From Candidatus Hydrogenedentota bacterium (GTDB lineage Bacteria > Hydrogenedentota > Hydrogenedentia > Hydrogenedentales > SLHB01), in the NCBI GenBank assembly GCA_963674865.2, contig CAXXYE010000003.1, positions 64,001-128,000 of the forward strand: a stretch of DNA of 64,000 nt, read 5' to 3'. Below are positions 59,457 to 64,000 of the stretch, piece by piece. How positions within the stretch are numbered: position 1 is the first letter of the stretch; each line of letters starts with the position of its first letter. The translations under genes were made by a program, and so were the position numbers. A model generated the notes under the pieces. It did no database searches. It had not been told where the DNA came from and was given only the letters and a program-made list of their open reading frames with translations.

Positions 59457-62400
59457 GTGACGATAAGGAAGAAGGCACTGCTTCTCATCGCACTGGTGAC
59501 GCTGGTGCTGGTTGCGGCCCTATACGGCGCGGGCAACCTTCTCATGGCCTCCGGCCTGAAGACCGTTGAGGAGGAGCACAACCGAGAAGTGGTCCTTCAA
59601 GTGGTGGCAATGCTGGAGGATCAGATTGCCACACTCTCCGCCACGGCTGCCGATTGGGGCGTGTGGGACGACGTATACGCGATTGCCGCAGATCCCGACG
59701 AGGCGTGGCTCGCGGCGAACGTCGACGAATCGCACCTGGCGAACCTAGGCCTGAACCTGTGGCTTGTCCTTGACCCTTCCGGTGAACTGGTGTGTGGGAG
59801 GACCCGCGATCTCGAGGGAGGCGAGGAGATCTCCCTCTCGGCCGAACTGCTTGAGGCGATACACGACAGCTCAGTGCTCTGGGATTTCGAGAAGGACGAC
59901 GCCGGCGCGGCGGGACTCATGCCTCTGCGGGAAAGGCCGGCCTTCATCGCGTCACACACTATTCTCACGAGCGAGGGCCGTGGGCCCGTTCGCGGCACAC
60001 TCATTATGGCCCGCTATCTGGATTCGCACAGGATTGTCGAACTCTCCAAGAAGGCACATATGAGCCTTGCGTTGTTACTGTTTTCCGATCCAGGCATGAA
60101 GGAGCTGTTTTCCGACCTCGGAGCCGTCTCTTCGAAGCAGCCCCCGCTTGTCGTTCGCCCTGTGGACAACCGCATGATCGCTACGCACGTGTTGCTAAAC
60201 GATATCAACGGGAATCCTCTCTTCGTGTTGCGTGCTCAACGGCCGCGAAGGATCCTGATGGCGCTGCACGACAAACTCGCCCGTATAGCGCTTCTTCCCG
60301 TGGCGCTGGGCGTATTGTTCGCGGCGCTCACCCTGCTGCTGCTCGAGCGAACGATCATCTCCCGCTTGGCCCGGTTGAGCAGTGCCGTCGCCCGCGTTTC
60401 TGCCAGCGGCGACCTGACGAAGCGTGTGCCCGTTGACGGAGAGGATGAAGTGGCAAGTCTCGCCGGACAGGTCAACCGGCTGCTCGAAGGATTGGAGGAT
60501 TCTGAGGCCGCCCTACGGAATTCAGAGACAACGTTTCGGACATTGTACGAGTCCACGAGCGACGCGGTAATGCTTCTTGATCAAGAGGGCTTCTTCGACT
60601 GTAATACGGCCACGCTCCGTATGTTCGCGTGCGCTTCCCGCGAAGAGTTCTGCACCAGACACCCCGCGGACCTTTCTCCTCCTACCCAACCTGGCGGCCG
60701 CGACTCGCAAAGCCTGGCAGATGAACGCATTGCTACGGCCCTGAAGGAGGGCAGTTGCCGTTTCGACTGGATGCACCGCCGAGCTGACGGCGTCGACTTT
60801 CCTGTTGAAGTGCTCCTTAACGCCATGAGACTTCAGGAAAAAGACGTGCTCCAAGCGGTTGTCCGCGACATATCTCAGCGCAAGCGAACCGAAGAAGAAC
60901 TCCGGCGCGCCAAAGAGGCGGCCGAGGCGGCCGCCGAAGCCAAGTCGCGTTTCCTCGCGAACATGAGCCACGAGATCCGTACGCCCATGAACGGAGTGAT
61001 CGGTATGACGGGGCTGCTGCTCGACACTGACCTCGCTCCCGAACAGCGCCAATATGCCGAGGCCGTCGATAACAGCGCAAATGCGCTGCTCACCATCGTC
61101 AATGACATCCTGGATTTCTCAAAGATCGAAGCGGGGAAACTCGATATCGAGATGCTCGATTTCGATCTCCGCACTGCGCTCGAAGAACTCAACGACATCC
61201 TCGCCGTTAGGCCCCAGGAGAAGGGCTTGGAGTACACCTGCGCCATCAGCCCCGATGTGCCCGCCTTCCTGCGCGGCGACCCCGGCCGGCTGCGCCAGGT
61301 TCTTACCAACCTTATCGGCAATGCCTCCAAATTCACCACCGAGGGGGAGATCAACGTCGAAGTCTCACTCGCAAATGAGTCCGATGCCTCCGCCACGATT
61401 CGCTTTGCCGTGCGAGATACAGGCATGGGCATTTCGACAGAGCAGCTTGAAGGTCTTTTTGAGCCTTTTTCTCAAGCGGATACCTCCGTCACCAGAAAGC
61501 ACGGAGGAACAGGCTTGGGCCTAGCCATCTCGAAACAGCTTGTCGAGATGATGGGCGGCGAGATAGGAGCGACCAGCGAGGTGGGCAAAGGCTCCACATT
61601 CTGGTTCGCTGTCCCCTTCGGCAAACGGAAGGCCGCTTCCGATCCGAAACCGGAGGTCCCTGCGGAGATTCGCGGATGGCGTGTTCTCGTTGTTGATGAC
61701 AACGAAACCAATCGGTTTGTTCTAAGGCAGCAGCTCCTTTCCTGGGGGTGCCGCCTAGACGAGGCTCCGGATGCGCGGACGGCCTTGGCCAAACTGCGGG
61801 AGGCTGTTCAGGAGAGCGATCCCTTCAAGATGGCCATACTCGACATGCAAATGCCCGAGATTAACGGCGAGACCCTCGGGCGAGAGATTCAGAGTGATGA
61901 ATCTCTGCGCGCCACGGCACTTGTCATGATGACCTCTATGGGAAAGCGCGGCGATGCCGCGAGACTCGAAGAGATCGGTTTTGCCGCTTACCTGACAAAG
62001 CCCGTACGCCAGGCGCGCCTGTACGATTGCCTTCTCGCGGTGGCTGGCTCGCAATCCTTGCCTGATCATGTGCGTCCGAGCAGAATCGTCACGCGTTACA
62101 GTGCCGCCGAGGGCAAGAAGCGCCGTGTCCGCATCCTTGTGGCTGAGGACAACGCGACGAACCAGGTCGTCGCCCTCAAGACACTCGAGAAACTCGGCTA
62201 CCGTGCCGATGCCGTAGCCAACGGCCTCGAAGCCATCAAAGCCCTGAGCGAGATTCCTTACGACCTTGTGCTGATGGATATCCAGATGCCCGAGATGGAC
62301 GGCCTTGAGGCCACTCGGAAGATTCGCCACGCCCAGTCTCCGGCCCTGAATCCTAACGTGCCCATCGTGGCGATGACTGCTCATGCTATGGAAGATGATC

Positions 62401-62903
62401 GCGACAAGTGCCTCCAGGTAGGCATGGACGGTTACATCACCAAGCCTTTGCAGCACGGCGAACTGGCCCGCGCAGTCGAAAGCCACGCGACCCGAGGCTT
62501 TTCCGCTGAACCTGCGGCGTCTCCTGCCGCGGCCGCACCCGTCTTCAGGAAGGATGAGTTGCTCCGGCGCCTTGGGGGAGACCAAGAGGGCCTGGATATT
62601 GTTCTGGGCGTGTTTCTTGAGGATACGCCAAAGCAACTAGGTTTGTTGACGGCAGCACTGGCGAGGAAGGACGTTGCCGAACTCCGACGGATCGCCCACT
62701 CGCTGAAAGGGGCGACGGGGAATCTTGGGGCGCCCGCCATGCAAGAGGCGGCCCTCCAAGTCGAAACGCTTGCGGCGAGCGGGAATCTCGCCAAGGCAGA
62801 AGAAAAAGTCTCGAAGATTCTCGGCGAATTCGAGAAGCTGCGGCCTGTCCTCGAGCGTCAGCGCGCCGGGCAGTCCTCTGCGGTATGCGAGGGACAATCA
62901 TGA
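59457..62903 (+). CDS. Membrane hybrid kinase CHASE4-like-HAMP-PAS-HisKA-HATPase-REC-REC-Hpt
   Basis: Two hydrophobic helices and [28 protein letters not shown] and GGTGLGL; two REC domains; Hpt AHSLKG. Confidence 0.92.
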   Translation: MTIRKKALLLIALVTLVLVAALYGAGNLLMASGLKTVEEEHNREVVLQVVAMLEDQIATLSATAADWGVWDDVYAIAADPDEAWLAANVDESHLANLGLNLWLVLDPSGELVCGRTRDLEGGEEISLSAELLEAIHDSSVLWDFEKDDAGAAGLMPLRERPAFIASHTILTSEGRGPVRGTLIMARYLDSHRIVELSKKAHMSLALLLFSDPGMKELFSDLGAVSSKQPPLVVRPVDNRMIATHVLLNDINGNPLFVLRAQRPRRILMALHDKLARIALLPVALGVLFAALTLLLLERTIISRLARLSSAVARVSASGDLTKRVPVDGEDEVASLAGQVNRLLEGLEDSEAALRNSETTFRTLYESTSDAVMLLDQEGFFDCNTATLRMFACASREEFCTRHPADLSPPTQPGGRDSQSLADERIATALKEGSCRFDWMHRRADGVDFPVEVLLNAMRLQEKDVLQAVVRDISQRKRTEEELRRAKEAAEAAAEAKSRFLANMSHEIRTPMNGVIGMTGLLLDTDLAPEQRQYAEAVDNSANALLTIVNDILDFSKIEAGKLDIEMLDFDLRTALEELNDILAVRPQEKGLEYTCAISPDVPAFLRGDPGRLRQVLTNLIGNASKFTTEGEINVEVSLANESDASATIRFAVRDTGMGISTEQLEGLFEPFSQADTSVTRKHGGTGLGLAISKQLVEMMGGEIGATSEVGKGSTFWFAVPFGKRKAASDPKPEVPAEIRGWRVLVVDDNETNRFVLRQQLLSWGCRLDEAPDARTALAKLREAVQESDPFKMAILDMQMPEINGETLGREIQSDESLRATALVMMTSMGKRGDAARLEEIGFAAYLTKPVRQARLYDCLLAVAGSQSLPDHVRPSRIVTRYSAAEGKKRRVRILVAEDNATNQVVALKTLEKLGYRADAVANGLEAIKALSEIPYDLVLMDIQMPEMDGLEATRKIRHAQSPALNPNVPIVAMTAHAMEDDRDKCLQVGMDGYITKPLQHGELARAVESHATRGFSAEPAASPAAAAPVFRKDELLRRLGGDQEGLDIVLGVFLEDTPKQLGLLTAALARKDVAELRRIAHSLKGATGNLGAPAMQEAALQVETLAASGNLAKAEEKVSKILGEFEKLRPVLERQRAGQSSAVCEGQS

Positions 62904-63499
62904 AGGCACTAATAGCCGAAGATGACACGACGTCGCGTGTCTTGCTGAAGGCCATGTTGACCAAGTGGGGCTATGATGTGACCGAGACATCCGATGGGCT
63001 TGAAGCCTGGGAGGCGCTCCAACGGGACGACGCCCCGAAGCTTGTCATTCTGGACTGGATGATGCCCGGCATGGACGGCGCCGAAATCTGTCGCAAGGTG
63101 CGCGAGCTAGACAGATTGCATCCCCCTTATATCATGCTCCTTACCGCTCTTGGGCAGAAAGAAGACATTGTTACCGGCCTGAACGCCGGCGCAGACGACT
63201 ATCTCACCAAGCCCTTTGACAAAGATGAACTAAGGGCTCGAATCCAAGTGGGGCAACGCGTTTTGGAACTACAGGACGCTTTGCACCAACACATTCACGA
63301 GCTTCAGGAAGCCCTTGAGCACGTCAGGACCCTCCAAGGCATCCTGCCCATTTGCATGCACTGCCATAAGATTCGCAACGACCAGAAATCATGGCAGCGC
63401 ATCGAAAGCTACGTCGAGGCCCATTCGGACGCCCAGTTCAGCCACGGCCTCTGCCCGGAGTGCCTTGAGAAGTACTATCCGGAACTCGAAGAAGAGTAG
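62900..63499 (+). CDS. Response regulator with C-terminal Cys/His zinc-ribbon-like domain
   Basis: IAEDD, LDWMMP and [16 protein letters not shown]...SHGLCPEC. Confidence 0.9.
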   Translation: MKALIAEDDTTSRVLLKAMLTKWGYDVTETSDGLEAWEALQRDDAPKLVILDWMMPGMDGAEICRKVRELDRLHPPYIMLLTALGQKEDIVTGLNAGADDYLTKPFDKDELRARIQVGQRVLELQDALHQHIHELQEALEHVRTLQGILPICMHCHKIRNDQKSWQRIESYVEAHSDAQFSHGLCPECLEKYYPELEEE

Positions 63500-63594
63500 C
63501 GCACGAAGGCAGCTACGCCCGTGCTCCCCTCGCCCCATTTCATCGCACGACAGAACGTATTTATCCCCCGATGGTGTTCCTTATTCAACATGAA

Positions 63595-63670
63595 TGGCAG
63601 CCCGTAGGGGATTCGAACCCCTGTGACAGGACTGAGAATCCTGCATCCTAAACCACTAGATGAACGGGCC
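63595..63670 (-). tRNA. tRNA-Glu (anticodon CTC)
   Basis: Reverse complement GGCCCGT..CAGGA-TT-CTC-AG-TCCTG..GGTTCGAATCC..ACGGGCT-GCCA folds as a cloverleaf with encoded CCA. Confidence 0.96.
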
Positions 63671-63685
63671 GTTGTCGAGCAAGAA

Positions 63686-63761
63686 TGGCTGCCGGACCAG
63701 GGCTCGAACCTGGAATCTCCTGATCCAGAGTCAGGCGCCTTACCAATTTGGCTATCCGGCA
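63686..63761 (-). tRNA. tRNA-Gln (anticodon CTG)
   Basis: Reverse complement TGCCGGA..CCTGA-CT-CTG-GA-TCAGG..GGTTCGAGCC..TCCGGCA-GCCA. Confidence 0.96.
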
Positions 63762-63775
63762 GAACTCGCCGAGAT

Positions 63776-63803
63776 ATTATCGAATCCACATTGTGGGTGT
63801 CAA
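63776..63803 (-). promoter_or_regulatory. Probable promoter of the tRNA pair
   Basis: Minus-strand TTGACA (63803-63798), 16 nt spacer, GATAAT (63781-63776), just upstream of tRNA-Gln. Confidence 0.55.
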
Positions 63804-63845
63804 ATCGCCTGTCAAGTCATGGCTGGTCCGCGGCCGTGCCTTCCG

Positions 63846-64000
63846 TTACGATGACTCTTCCGCTTCCGGCTCATCGGACGCCACGAACGCAAACAGGTCA
63901 CCATTCTTGAACTGAAACTCCAGGCGGATAAGTCTGCCCGCGAGGTCGCGTGAAGCTGCAGCCTGCCAGGCCACCTTCTGGCGCATTGCGTCGCCCTTGA
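63846..64000 (-). CDS. C-terminal fragment of a protein resembling the 30866-32281 hydrolase-like family
   Basis: Manual translation KGDAMRQKVAW...LAGRLIRLEFQFKNGDLFAF...* parallels GNVTNAPIMW...LGKQVTLRFELEAATLYAF. Confidence 0.55.
   Translation of the reverse strand, partial: KGDAMRQKVAWQAAASRDLAGRLIRLEFQFKNGDLFAFVASDEPEAEESS

Overview
GC-rich bacterial DNA, probably from an anaerobe, with four blocks. (1) 1-11866: a divergent energy/C1 locus. On the minus strand are a receiver-only regulator and NuoE/NuoF(HoxF)-like diaphorase subunits; on the plus strand is an apparent operon fhs-hdrC-hdrB-hdrA(long, HdrL-like)-mvhD-metV-metF, i.e. an Hdr-coupled methylene-THF reductase module. A Rex/CRP-type palindrome lies between the two units. 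(2) 14660-18640: an accessory patch with REP-like repeats, a 5-copy tandem repeat and what looks like a decayed integron-cassette cluster (attC-like sites, no integrase in the window). It carries an uncharacterised PD-(D/E)XK nuclease and an XhoI/PaeR7I-family restriction enzyme paired with a beta-class SPPY methyltransferase. (3) 11937-14660 and 18788-34193: secreted hydrolase-like and hypothetical proteins, a GyrI-like protein, a double MBL-fold protein, a histidine kinase/REC-PilZ pair and gamma-glutamyltransferase. (4) 34507-63499: a ~29 kb all-signalling cluster: a 15-PAS NarX-type kinase with a NarL-type regulator, a stressosome (3 RsbR, RsbS, RsbT, RsbT-RsbX fusion) and a phosphorelay with HD-GYP/HDOD outputs and no sigma-B. 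It ends at tRNA-Glu and tRNA-Gln. All calls come from motif recognition by eye; no database searches were run.
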